Part shown: positions 37,840 to 50,628 of the stretch, piece after piece
Layout of the letters: the number at the start of each line of letters is the position of its first letter
How positions within the stretch are numbered: position 1 is the first letter of the stretch
Assembly (NCBI GenBank): GCA_001179505.1
Contig: CDMY01000298.1
Span: 62,001-126,000 of the forward strand
DNA length: 64,000 bases
Source of the DNA: Vitrella brassicaformis CCMP3155
Lineage: Eukaryota > Protista > Chromerida
Reading direction: 5' to 3'
Translations under genes and position numbers: made by a program
The notes under the pieces: generated by a model
What the model was told of the DNA's origin: nothing
Seen by the model: the letters and a program-made list of their open reading frames with translations, nothing else
Database searches by the model: none

Positions 37840-38587
37840 CCATCAACGCATCCATCGGACTCGCGTCATCGCCCGCAGACACCGCATCCGCGCCCATCGG
37901 GACACCCATCGGGACACCGCATCCGCGCCCATCGGGCTGGCCGTCGTGTCCTCCAGTGTCACGCTGGCCATGCGCATTGTGAACAACACTCTGAGTGCCG
38001 GAAGACGACGGCACCGGTCTCGCCACGTTCGCCCAGCTCGTGATCGGCCCCAACATGACCACACCGGCCTCCCTGGGGCTCAACGGCACGCTGGACGTGG
38101 CGGCACTGGTCGGGCGACTGGGTGTCCCCCTTCAGCTGCGAGGCGTCTTCATCACCCAGACCAGCGTCCATGGCCGTGCGGGAAGAGGAGGAGGGGGAGA
38201 GTCCCCAACCCGCCCCCGCAGCTGCTGCAGCAGGGGGCCTGGCCATCAAGCGTTCAGAGGTGGACTTCACGGGGGCGGTGGCGGGGGGAGGTACATGTAT
38301 GGGGGTCAAGACGGTCGCTCTGGCTGGAATGGGGTGGTACTGTACATCAGCAGCAGACGAAGCCGGTGCATCGGAAGACCACAGCCCATCGCACAGCCAG
38401 CGTCGAGACCGACACACCACCCCAGACACACACGCCTATTCCCCAGCAGCTGGCGTCCATGAGGGTCGATCTGGATCGAGTGACCAAGGAGCGTGACGAA
38501 GCATTCGAGTGTCTGTCTGTCGATGCACAAGTCGCTGGCTGTGGAGCTGATGAGGGAGAAAAGCGAGCATTTTTCGTCTTGTGTTGA
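37840..38587 (+). pseudogene. Fragmentary hypothetical coding sequence
   Basis: Coding-like pieces in different frames (SAPIGLAVVSSSVTLAMRIVNNTLS; LATFAQLVIGPNMTTPASLGLNGTLDV; QLASMRVDLDRVTKERDEAFEC) and a 35-nt internal duplication at 37878-37935 that shifts frame. Confidence 0.3.
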
Positions 38588-40540
38588 TCTCTGGCCATGT
38601 TTATGCGGTGTCGTGCACGGATGTGATGAGGCGAGGGCGTGAAAGGTCCGTTGTGTGGTCTGCTTGCCGTACCGTGCCGTGCCACACATCTACACACACA
38701 TGGGTCCACTCATCCATCCACTCACCCACACACAACATAGAGGACGTCGACTCGATGCCCTTTTTCCGTCTGGCTGCCTGACTGCCTTGCTATTCTCCCT
38801 TCCAGCCTAGCCTGGCCTTCTCTAAGTGAGTGTGCTGCTCGGTGCTGCCCCCCACTGAGTTGATGTTGAGTAGCACACTGACCTCCCTCTCTCATCGACA
38901 GAGTGGCCGACTGATATGCGTCGCTGTGTCTCTCTCTGCTCTCATCGATTGCACACGTCCCCAGCACCTCAACCCACGCGCACACAAGCAAACAGCTGCC
39001 CCTTTTCTACTACGCCCGCTCATCGGCACGGCCACGGCATGGAATGTCGAGTGTGCCTGTCTGTGTGTCGTTCGGCTGGCTGTCGTGTGTCCGGTGTTTG
39101 CCACCTCATGGTGTGGCGTGTCTGGGTGTGATGGAGGGGAACTCATGTGTTGCTTTATTCACCGTTTGTTGTGGATGTCTGCTGGCGATTGGCGTGTGGC
39201 TGTATGATGATTTGTTGGTGGTCTGTCCGTCACGCGTGGGTCTCCACACACCACCACCACCAGGCCTGTGACCTCTCTCTGACTGGCTGTGAGTGCCATG
39301 GCTGCCTGGTACTGTTCGCACACACGCGTCTGGCGGATGTACCTGTCGTGTTAATGTGATGGATAAAGAGTGCTTTGGGGGTAAGGGTTTTTGCTGCAGT
39401 CATCTGTGCACGTGTCCGCCGTCAGGGGGCGCGTCATGCACCATCCCATCCTTGGTGCAGGCGTGAACTCTGATATGGATGGGCCGTGCGGCTGGCTGGT
39501 CGACTGGCCTCTCATGGGCGCGTGCGTGGCCGACAGACAGCCTTTAAGCTGTGGTCGCCGCGTGAACGTGGGATGTGCCACCCAGGCAGTTAGGACGCAC
39601 TGACAGCCATTGCTCAGGGGCTGCGTGAGCGTGTGTGGATGGATGGATGGATGGATGGGTGCTGGATTTATAAGAGACGTGGCAGCCGATTGTTCGCTCG
39701 TGTGAGGCATGTACCGTCTTGATCGCTGGTCTTTGTACGTCATGTGTCATGCAGTGTGATGAATGGCATTGACCCCCACCCTGCTTGTGCCTCTGTGGTG
39801 CAGCTGCCGTCAATGAGGTTTGTTGTGTGTTTGTATGGCGCGGTCTGCATGCCGTGCTTCGTCGTGCCATCTGTGCGCTGCCTGCCGATACCGATACACA
39901 TATGCAAAGCATTGGGCACTCGCTATCCACTGACAGATATGTGAGGCGTGGGGCTGTCGTGTGGGAATGCATGGATGAATGCCGTGCTGGCTGTGAGTGC
40001 GTGCGTCCTCGATCTGTCTGTCTCCCTTCTAGCTAGAGCCTATTCTGAGTTTATGTTGTTGGTTCGAGTTCGTCTCTACACTACCCACCTCCCACCACAG
40101 TCAGGCCATTACTGTCTTTTCCTTCTTTGTCCATGGCCACGCCCCTGGCGTGTTGAAGCGAGGAGCGGTGATGTGACGCTGGCGCTGGAGGTGGGGGTAC
40201 ACACATCAGAATGAATGACAGTGGATGGATGGGTGGATGAAGATACAGTGCAATGGATACATCGCTCTCCACTCTCTCTCTCTTATCCACCTCGTTCTGT
40301 ATGCATGCCCACATAGCTGCCTGACCGCCTCACTGCTCTGTCCCACCGGCACTTCTCTACTGCACCGGTTGGCTGTCTGTCTGTCTGTCGCGTTGTGTTG
40401 CCTTGTCTGTCGCGGGTGTGGGTGTCTGTTGATACGGTGGTGTGTATGTGGGTGGTTGTGTGCGTATGTGGAATGTGCGTATGTTGATTGACCGGACACG
40501 TGGCGTCAGACCATTACGTTCACGATCGTCCGCTCATACA

Positions 40541-41807
40541 TCATGAGAGTCCTTTCATGCATCCTTTCACGTCGTTTGTCAGTGATATGTGCGCTTTCAC
40601 GTCGTTTGTCAGTGATATGTGCGCTCTCTCCAACTGATATACCAAATCCACCAACTTGAACGAACACCAACTGAAGAATGACAGCAGCCACACAACACGT
40701 GCACACACAAATGCCGTGCACTTTGGGTGTTGGTGGGGCACCTCAGTTGCTGCCTTCGTTGCCTTTGTTGCCTTCGTTGCCTTCGTCGCCTGTCGCAAAT
40801 GCCTCCTGCGTGAACGCACAACACACATTCATTGTGTCTGCGTGTGTGTGGGTGTGTCTGTGGTATATACTCACATTGTTGTCGTAGGCCGCAGACAGTT
40901 CAGCGAAACTCACTCCGAACTCACGAGCGCACCACGAGTTGAACTGCACACACGCAAACACACGCCATGGGCACTGTGTCTGAGCACACAGTTGTGGCCG
41001 AGTACGAGGTCAGGCTGGTTGATGCTGAGCCACTTAAACACTTAAACACATCTGCACAGAGCGCACGCACACACGTGATTCGATCCACATGCACCATCCG
41101 TCTGTCTGTCTGTATGACTGACCGCGGTTGAAGCGAAACACTTCCTCGTCGAGCAGGGACACACGCGCCTTGGCGACACGTTCCAGCCACTCCTCCCATG
41201 TCTGACAACACACACACACCACACCACACCACAACACAACACAACACACATCCATCCATCCATCCATGGCTCGTCAGCCAACCTCATTGTGGCATCTTCC
41301 TTGGGCAGCAGCCGCGGCGAGGGCTGTATCCTTCATCCGCTTGCCACGCGGGTTTCTTCCGAAGTTGTGCGCCTCGCTATGGGTCATTGTCGAGCCCTGT
41401 TGCGCGCGCTCGTCGCGGAATGCCTGACACAGAAGTGGATGGACCCTCTGTGTCCGTGATGTGTTGGTCATCGCTCACTCTCGTCCCCGTCATGTCCTGA
41501 TGAAACACGCCGAACTGTACTGGCTCGTCTCCGTCTGTGCACACACGCACAAACAAACACGCACGCACATGGTGTCTAGTGTGCATGGCGGTTTGCAGCT
41601 TGCGTGTATGTGGGTGTTCTTCGTCGCAGACGGGCCAACTTGCTCTCTGCATACATCGACACGATACATGCAAGGCACGTTATCTGTCGTCATCTTACCT
41701 GACAGTGGCACGAATCGTTTGTTGAGAATCTCGTCATCGTCAGAACAGGACTCGTCATCAGAACTGAGCGGCATCCATCCATCCATCCATTCATCCATCC
41801 ATCTGTA

Positions 41808-41843
<36 letters not shown>

Positions 41844-42442
41844 TGCATACTTGTCGGCGTTATCGTTCTTGTTGCCGCTGTCGTTGTCGTCGTGGGAGTC
41901 GTCGGCCGACAGGTTGGCCTGAACAGCGATCGACCTGGTCTGAACACTGCACACACACAGATGGTCGGCGTCACAGATGGACTGCGGTTACTTGTCGACA
42001 TTCCTCAGTCCTTCCAGCGTGGCCACGCGTCGATCCAGGTCGCGAATGGCCCTCAAAACCGCTGGAAACACACACAAACACCCAATTTTGGATTGGTCGC
42101 TTGCTTTGCTTGTACCAGTCATGTCCACGTCCGAACCCAACTCCACTGATGACAAGCAAGACACACACACGACCAACATCCACACACATCAGAACCCATC
42201 CCATCCACATCACATTCCTTGCCTTCAGCCCTGCGATGGGGAATGGGCGACGCTATGCGGCGAGGCTCAGGGGACGGTGTGCGGCGGGGGCGTCCGGGCT
42301 CAAAGGCGGGGGTGTGACGATTCACCAGTGAGGGGAAGGGCGCGCGACCTGGCGAGTTCACCGTGCTGCTCACGATGCTATCGCCAAAGTTGCGCAGGCT
42401 CGGCGAATTTGCGTTGCGGAGACGGACTCTGAGAGAGACATG

Positions 42443-42502
<60 letters not shown>

Positions 42503-42818
42503 TGCGTGAGAGACTGGCTGGCTGGCCTGTGCGTGAGTGAGTGAGTGTAAGTGTACCCTGCGTGAACCCGAGAGCAGGAAGTGACCCTGATGGATGGATG
42601 AATGAATGAATGAATGGAGAAAGAGAGAGACCAATGTCGTGTCAATGGTCATTCATGACGTTCTACCGTGGGCGAGACCGAGAGAGTCGGCTGCGAAAAC
42701 ACCACGACGACCTGAATTAATGCTCGCACACAGAGACACGCAATCACTCCACCCTGTGTGTGTCCTTGCTTGTTTGCTTGTCTGCTTACTGGGCGACTTG
42801 TTGTCTTGTGCAGCCATG
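40541..42818 (-). CDS. Multi-exon hypothetical protein
   Basis: Series of minus-strand exon-like blocks between microsatellite introns: MAAQDNKSPSK, VRLRNANSPSLRNFGDSIVSS, AVLRAIRDLDRRVATLEGLRNVDK, TWEEWLERVAKARVSLLDEEVFRF, LVDLVYQLERAHISLTNDVK. No family recognised. Confidence 0.45.
40565..40624. repeat. Perfect 30-bp direct tandem duplication (CTTTCACGTCGTTTGTCAGTGATATGTGCG x2)
   Basis: Seen directly; reads AHISLTNDVK twice on the minus strand. Confidence 0.9.
42443..42502. repeat. Compound microsatellite (CA)n(GA)n
   Basis: Seen directly, within a putative intron. Confidence 0.9.
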
Positions 42819-43192
42819 CTCTCAGCGCCAAACAGAGTCGACGTCACAGCAGCCACACTCAGAGTGAAAGAAGCGAAGAGAGCGAACAGTGAGCGACACA
42901 TCTCGAATCAATCAGCCGTGAAGCATCATTCGCGCGTTCCTGTCTGCCTGTGCCTCAGCTGCACCAATTGGTTGATGCAAGATCGAAGTTTCCTCACGCA
43001 CAATTACACATACATACATACATACACACATACATACATACACACATACTCACATGAGTCTCTTTGTTGCAAGTGACGAGTGCGTGAGACTGACCACTCT
43101 GACTGACTGCTGTTCACACATGCACGCAGACACGCAAAAAGTCAAAACCATCCACACGACCATCTACACCCACCCCTGTTTATCCGTCCGGT

Positions 43193-46043
43193 TTATCCCC
43201 AGGTGTCGCATATGTATCGCCTCTTGGCCTGCAGCTGCAGCAGGAAGCGGTTGGCGTCCTCCTTGCTCATCCCGCCATGCACACCCAGCACCTCCACAAA
43301 GGCGTCCCACACCTGCGAGGGCATCGGGTGCGCCCGGCCGCACACGTACACCACCGCCCCTCGCCGCAGCAGCAGATCCACCACATCGCCGCCCCGCCTC
43401 TCAATCAAGTCCTGCACGTACTCCTTCCTATAGGGGTCTGTGCGCGAGAAGGCCACCTCGACATCGAGCCACCCCGAGTAGCGGCCCCACTCGGCCTCAT
43501 ACAGGTAGTCCTTCTCGCGGTGACGGAAGCCGAGGAACAGCATGTCTCGAGGGCTCTTGTGGGGCGGGCTGGTCGACGGATGGTGAAGGTCGCCATTCGC
43601 CGGCTGCTGGGCAGCAGACTGGTGGTCATTGTCTCTAGTGGTGCGGGAGGTCGCTGTGCGGCTGTGCAGCTCCAGCACTGACACACGAAGGCGAGAGCAG
43701 GCCATGGTGTTTTGGTGGTGGCTGTCTGGGTTGCGTACATTGCAGGTGTCTGTATTGTATGACGGCTCTGCATGGCGCCAGGCCAGTGCCCGGGCAGACC
43801 ATAATGAGCGGCACCGACAGCTCAGGAACGCGCTGGATGCCACCGCTCCGCTCAATGCCCACAGGAATCCAATCGCCCGCCTGAACACACACACGCCGCA
43901 CACACGCACCCACTGACTAGACCGTCACCAGAACGTGACACGCGCAGAAGGGGCATCGCGGCATGGCTCACTCACCTTGAGTCGTCGAAAGAATTGGCTG
44001 CAGAGACCCACAATGTGGCGATCATACCCAGTGGTGTACTCGACCATCGCCGCACAGAGGTCGAGGTCCACAAACCCACCTGCTCCTTCACTCCTGACAC
44101 CGTCATGGCTACCAGCACCTCCGCCGATGACACCAATGCACGGCGCAGGAGGGGGCGGCAGGCGGCTGGCCGTCAGCTTGGTGATGTGCAGGGGCAGAGC
44201 CATGCCGCCGCCTGTGGGTGGGGTGGTCAGGGGGGTCCGCAGCTGCGGCATACTCGACAGCGCCAGAGCTCGCCAGACATCCTTGCGATACCTGATCCAT
44301 CAACAGACAGTCTCAGATGGGGATAGACGGATGTGAGTGTGTGTGCTGACCATTGCGGTGCAGATGCGACCGAGTATTTGCGCGGCAGTATGGGTGGGAT
44401 CATGCTCAGCAGGTGGTCGAGGGGCGGCGATGCGCTCCCAAAGTCCCACAGGACCTCAGCGAAGGTCCGCCGCTCTGTCTTGCAGTACTCATAGTACTCC
44501 TCCTTCGCTTCCTGCACGCACACATCAACCCAAAGACCATCCGCCATCCACCCGTCCATCGGCCCCCTCTTTGTTTGGCCACCAGTGTGCGTGCGGCGAA
44601 TTCGCGCAGTTTCTCGCAGTGCTGTTGGTCAGTGGAGAAGAACGAGAGGTAGTGAAAGAAGAATCGTGGCGGCACCGCTGTGATGTCCAGGTAAAGTGTA
44701 AAGACGTCACGGATGGAGAGGGAGGTGGGGGGAGGGGGGAAGGGGTTGCGCCGGTCCAGGGCTGCCGTGGGCGTGATCTGGATCACTTGGTTGGGGTTCA
44801 ACTTCTGGTGCTCCAGGAAAGAATCGACCAGCCTGACAGGCAGACAGAGAGAGAGACAGAGAGAGAGAGAGAGCGGATTGAGCAGTTCTATGAGCATTTT
44901 TTGAGCAGTTTTGCATCGCTTTGTGGGGAATGTGGGGCATACGTTGGGTCGATGGAAGGCCATACGATGGCCACATCTCCAGGCACATAAATGGTATCGT
45001 TCCTCTCAGACGAATCGCAGCTCAACTGAACGAACAAACACACTCAACTGAACAAACATACCATCCCGTCTCCCCTGCCTCCCTCCTCTCCCGCTCACTC
45101 ACCCTCAGGTGCAGATTCTGCACGTCCTGGAAATGGCTCTCCTCTGTCAGGCGCCTCAGATCCATGACCTGTGTCCACCGGATCCTCTCGCCGCCCCGGC
45201 CATCATTCTCATGCGCGAAGGGAAACTTGAAGTGCCCATGCGACGATGAGGATGACGCCGATGACGACGTGCCACTCCTGGCCCCCGTGGAGACCACGCG
45301 TGAGCGATACATCGGCTCGGGCATGGAATCGTCTGGGAGGATGGTGAGGCCGTCGGGGATGGGGTGGATGGCGAGGAGGGCCTCCCAGAGCCCCTCCATC
45401 CAGGGGTCCAACTCGCCCTCAAAGCCAAAGTCGTGCTGGTCGTCACCCAGACCTATCCTGCAAGAACGAACAAAAGCAGACATCACTTTGGGCCACATAG
45501 CTGGTCGCTTCGTCCGCGCTGACCTGTAGAATTCGTGTGCCCCCAGCTGCAGAAGCCTCTTGTGCAGCCGCCTTGCCGCATAGTTGAACTGCCGATAGTG
45601 CGAGTCGCCCAGACCAAACACAGAGAACCTGACAGGTGCCAATACCCATGCACACCATCACCACACATAAGAGCGGCCGTGGCTGACTGACTCACCTGAT
45701 GTTTCTGAGGAGGTTGGGCGGATGGCTGCCTCTCCTCAGGTACGTCCAGAACTTGCGCATGTTGTCAGGCGCATCACCCTGACCTGCAGACAGACATGCA
45801 CACCAGGCAGACAGACAGACAGAAATCACCGGCTGATCTCTCCCTTCACTCATACGCACCAGTAGTGGATGTGACGAACACAACGGTGATCTCGTGTCGG
45901 CAGCTCTCATAGTCAAAGTTATCCATGGGCAGCAGGCGGCACTCGAACCGTCGTCGACGGCCTTCGCGTGCCAGGTCTGCCGCCACCTCAGCCGCACAGC
46001 CCGTCTGGCTGCCGTACAGAATCAACAGACGGCGCGCATCCAT
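43193..46043 (-). CDS. NDOR1: NADPH-dependent diflavin oxidoreductase 1 (NDOR1/TAH18)
   Basis: Flavodoxin domain LLILYGSQTGCAAEVA...VTSTTG|QGDAPDNMRKFW...FSVFGLGDSHYRQFNYAARRLHKRL...GLGDDQHDFG; FAD domain PRKYSVAS; NADPH domain MVCPGTGLAPCRA, LFLGFRHREKDYLY, VAFSR, VYVCG, YICDTWG*. No N-terminal membrane anchor and the GLGDDQH motif favour NDOR1 over P450 reductase. Confidence 0.92.
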
Positions 46044-46073
46044 TCTCACACCAGACCCAAAGGCCGCTCCTCT

Positions 46074-46082
46074 AAGCTCGCA
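46074..46082 (-). promoter_or_regulatory. Candidate promoter motif TGCGAGCTT, NDOR1/paralogue A divergent interval
   Basis: AAGCTCGCA on +, 31 nt upstream of the NDOR1 ATG. Confidence 0.5.
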
Positions 46083-46263
46083 GAGGACGGCTGGGAAGAA
46101 GGGCCACGGAGGCATTGGCATCTTTCCTGTTGGGCTGTCAATCATCTGCTGAGTGGGAAATGCTTTGATCTTTTCCTTCATCTTCCGTCTCGATTGACGA
46201 AGCCACTGGGGCAGTGGGCCCGGCTCGTCCAGCCGCAGGGCCGAAGGGTCAGATCTGTCCGCG

Positions 46264-49200
46264 ATGAGCGGTCGGGGCGACGCGCCAAAGGCGCCCGCGT
46301 CATCGGGTACACCAGTCATGAAAAGATCCGTCCGCAGACTCACACAAACACATGAAATGTGCCATACTCTCTGTGGCTGCTGTGTGCTGTCACCAGGTGC
46401 CAGTGACGTCATGCGTGAGCTTCCCAGGACAACCGCTGGAGGCCCAGGGCGAATGGCATCCACCGCACCCCAGACACCCCACGCACACGGCAGCCCATCG
46501 CCAGCTGGTATTCCTGGGCAGTCGCCGCCCCCACAGGATCCCCCGCAGCCCACCAACCAGCCGTCCCCCGACCCCCGCACACCTCAGAACCATCGCGGCA
46601 CCATCGAGTCTGGCGGTCCCTCTGGTGGAGGTCAGGGAGTCGAGAGCGGTGGGGCGTGTGGCGAGGGCGATGGTCGAGGAGCGGCAGCAGGGGTCGCCGC
46701 GGCCGCGGCAGCAGACCTCTCACTCTCAAGTGGTAAGCCGTACCGACTCGTAGATGTCCGTCATCGCGGTGTGTGTTGTTGTTGACTTCAGTGACCGACA
46801 AGGATGAAGAGGATGCCCAGGGTGATGAAGAGGGTGGTGCTGGTGGTGGTGGTAGTGGTGAAGGGAAACAGGAGGACCGTCGCATCGTCCTTGCCCGCCA
46901 GAAGGCCATGAAGGGCAAGCACGGTGGCGACGGCGATGAGGAATACACGCCCGGCGAAGATGGTATTCACTGTACACCATGACCTGTCTTGTGTGGTTCA
47001 TGGTGGACTCATGTGTCTGTCATGCAGATCTGGCTGAGCATCAGGAGCTCGCCATCGAGGAGAAGGAGCAGGGTGAGCAGGAGGACGGTGTACCTGCTGC
47101 CGCTGCTGCTGCTGGTGGTGCCAGTGTTGTGCCGGCCGCCGCTGCTGCTGCAGGGGTCAGGCGGATGACCACCTCTGCGCCTCCTGCAGACAGCACTACG
47201 AGATGACCGCAACCAAGAAGCGGTACAGCAGAAGCATCTTCGCCCGCCTCCGCCAGTCCCACCCGGACGTGCAGCTCACCTTCACACCCATCCCCCACCA
47301 AACCCCCGACCAAGACGCCGTGACCGTCACCATGGGCCCCTTCACCGACAGCAACGGCGAGGCCTTTTACGTGCCGGAGGTCGTGACCCGTTCGGCACGC
47401 AAGAGGAAGAGCCTTATGGGCTGGTACTTTAACACCCTTTGCCAGAAGGCCAAGAGGGCGATTGAAGACCCTCCCGACCACCACGATTACTTCGACGAGG
47501 ACGAGGATGGCACAAGAGTGTTCGTCCAGCGAAGTAAGTGGCTGGCTGGCTTCCACACACACACAACCGGAAGCATGGCGGGCGGGTTCCGCCTGTATGT
47601 GTGTGTCGCAGGGGTCAAGCCGAAGGCCAAGGCCAAGGCCAACAACGTCAGGCGACGGGCGCCAGCAGGTGGGACACCCACCCAAAGAGACCGTTTGGAC
47701 TGCACGAGACCTTCTGGTTGCGTAAATGGGTGAATGCAGTGGCTGAGGAGATGGGCGACGGCGAGCAGCAGCAAGTGGACGAACATGCGATGGCGGCTGC
47801 TGCCGCGAATGGGCCGCCCTTCCCCTGGCATCCCATGTGGCCCTTCGACCATCCGCCTCCCCCGTTCTGGCCACCACCGCCATACTTCTACGGTGCGCTC
47901 GGACACACGAACAGACGGCCGAAGTGATGCACAGATGCATATTTCTCTCGATGGCTGCATGTTGGGGACAGATCACGGCGGCATTGCTGTGGAAGGCCCC
48001 CCATTGCCGCCAGGAGTCACAACGGGCCATACATCCAACCAGGTGATTGCATGAGTGAGTGGACAGCGCCCAGCGATCCTTTACGTCTTGTTGTGTTTCC
48101 ATTTCCGTCAAGTGTTCGTCCCCCGGCGAACTCGGCTGCACCGCCGCATCGCCCTCCCCCTGTGCCCCCGCCACCACCAGCTGCCGCCCCCATGGCTCTC
48201 CAGCCGGCTGCAGGCGGCCCCACAACCCCTGTGTCGGCTGCTGAGGACGCACCGATGGATGACGCCACCAACCAGATGCCCCAGGGCGAGGCTGTGCTCT
48301 TTCCACAGCAGCCGCAGCCACAGCCACTAGCGGCCGATGAGGACCAGCAGCACGACGATGACGCCGTGCCCGACGCGCAGCACGATCCCCAGCACCAGCA
48401 GCCGCAAGAGGATCCGCAGATGAACGGCAACCAGGACGAGCAACCAGAGGCACGCGACCACCGGCAGCAGCACGAGGATGACGCGATGCATGACAGGCAG
48501 CAGCAGCAGCAGCAGCAACAACAAGAGGGTCGACAGGTCGATGGCACAGCACATGCCGCCGCAGCACCATCACCCGCACCACAGGCACCGTCGAGCCGTC
48601 CACCAAACGGTGAAGACAGGCCTGCAACCGTGCCTAGTGGGGACGAGTCACCGCCCCAGGCGGCCGCTGTGTCGACCAGGGATGAGGGAGGGCAGCCGGG
48701 CGGCAATCGGCCAGACCAAGGAGGGGGGCAGGGCGGGGAGGCGGCCGCTGCTCGTGTCCGTGGCCGAGTCAAGACTGAGGCCGGCGCAGGGGCAGCCACG
48801 GGCGGTGGGGGTGCCAACCAACAGCAGCAAGGTGCCCCCAAGGCCAGAGCCCGGAGGCCGCCGCAGAGGAAGCAGAGTGTGCCTGCTGGGTATCTGGAGC
48901 GTCAGCTGGTCAACCTCGACCACCAGCAGCTGGTTAAAGCGCTGGAGCGGGATGAGAGCGAGCTGGCAAGAAGCGTGCTGCAGATCGTCAGAAAGGTATG
49001 TGGGGGCAGACAGGCAGACAGAGAAACAGACAGACGGCTAGATGTTTGTGTGTGTCATCTCTCTGCAGAGTGGCTTTAAGGGGTCTCAATAGCAGAAGAT
49101 GATGGGCAAGACGGCGCCCCAGATCAACACCGAATTTCTGGGGAACACCGTCGGACAGGCACTCGACCTCTCCGACTGGGTACACAAGATATACAATGAG

Positions 49201-50628
49201 CACAACGTAAGTCAAACAGCCCTCAAGTCGACCGTCTCAGCGTGTGCGTGTGCGTGTGCGTGTGCGTGTGTGTCGGTGTCGGTGTCGGTGTGTCGGTGTG
49301 CCTTGCACACGCAGGGCCGCCTGTGGGTGCCCAAGGCACTGCCTGTCATCAAGCAGGAGCAAGACGACGCAGCAGACCCGCCTCCGGGTGCGCACATGCT
49401 GCTAACGGCACGCTCACCACGAGGGCTGACACACATACACACACACACACTGTGGTGATGTGCTGTGTGTGATTTCACTCACCCAGACGTCCCACGTCCA
49501 GCAGCAGGCTCTGTTGACCGCTCTCGTTCCCCCCGTGGCCGCGTGTTGCAATCTGCCGACAGAGCCAGAGGCCACCGTCACCGTAGCCGTGACAACGACC
49601 ATGACGATGAGGATGAGGGCGGCCGCTCCACAGAGCGGCCAAGGGGGAGAGAGTACGCCTACCGCCCAGACAGATCACATGATCCAGACACCCACCCATC
49701 CTGGCTGCTGGCCTGTCTGTCTGTCTGTCTGTTTGTTTGTCTGTCGGTCTGTTCATCAGCCGTCGTCGCTCGCGCTCACGTGACCGCTACCGACACGAGG
49801 TAAGTGAGCTGCCGGCTGACCTGCCTGCTTCATGATCGCCGAGTAATCGTACTTGTGTGTGTGTGTGTGGGATGGATGGATCGGTGCAGGATCGTCGCAG
49901 TCGCAGCCCGGGTCGCGGACATCGATACGAGGGCCCACGTGAGCACACAACACACACACCGCACCGAACCACACTGTGCTGCCTGATGCCATATGTATAT
50001 GATCTGTCTGGTGCATGCCTGCATTCAGTGCCCCCTCCTGCGTCGCGTGTGGCGGGCCACCGGGGCCGCAGCGGCCGCCGACCGCACTCTCCCCATGACG
50101 ACTACAGACGGGATGACCGACAATCACACCGACAGGTGTGTGCCTGGGAAGGCGGGCACCACACACAAGTAACTGCCATTCCCTCACGGCATACTTGCAT
50201 CCATCAGGGCTATGCGGGCCGGCGCTCTCCTCCTCCCCGCCGCCGACTGTCGCCTCGTCCCTTCTCACGTGGACGGCGGGCGCGGTCAGACCGATCGGAC
50301 AGCGCTGGCAGAGATGGGTGAGATGTCTGACTCTTGATTCGACATGGACACAACGTGTGGTGGTCAGATGTCGATGAGCACTTGCCTGCGTGCTATGGTG
50401 TGTGTCAGGCCGCCTTTTGGCCGGCCGCATGGCCCCCCCTCACCTCGACGCCCACCTCATCCCTGGTCGCCGTCGCCCCGTCGCTGCAATCGGTCACGCT
50501 CACGCTCGCCGATTCCGCGAGCCAGGAGCCCACCGAATGAGAAGGCAACAGACACAGTAGGCAGCAAACACCACACACAACCATGCGACCTCATTGGTGG
50601 TCTCTGTCTGTCTGTCTTGTGTGTGTGA
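46264..50628 (+). pseudogene. Paralogue A of the inverted pair: uncharacterised conserved domains + RS-rich tail, carrying a frameshift and an in-frame TAG
   Basis: Aligns with 58485->55200 on the opposite strand. G4 at 47153-47156 versus G5 in copy B shifts the frame before LCASCRQHYE; TAG at 49090-49092 where copy B reads through. 3' exons 49486-50560 encode RSRSP/RS-rich text. Confidence 0.65.

Noticed and set aside
46979-48627. Long antisense or alternate-frame ORFs (e.g. 47041-48627 minus, 528 aa) and many CVCV/THTH ORFs
   Set aside because: These are shadow frames of GC-rich coding sequence or translations of microsatellite introns.
9139-49092. Three in-frame stops in otherwise open frames (TAG 9139, TGA 34314, TAG 49090) as evidence for stop-codon reassignment
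   Set aside because: The conserved genes (GPN3, NDOR1, CELF, NSE2, TOM1-like) have no internal stops, and TAG/TGA/TAA all terminate genes normally here. The stops occur only in redundant family members, which fits pseudogenisation.
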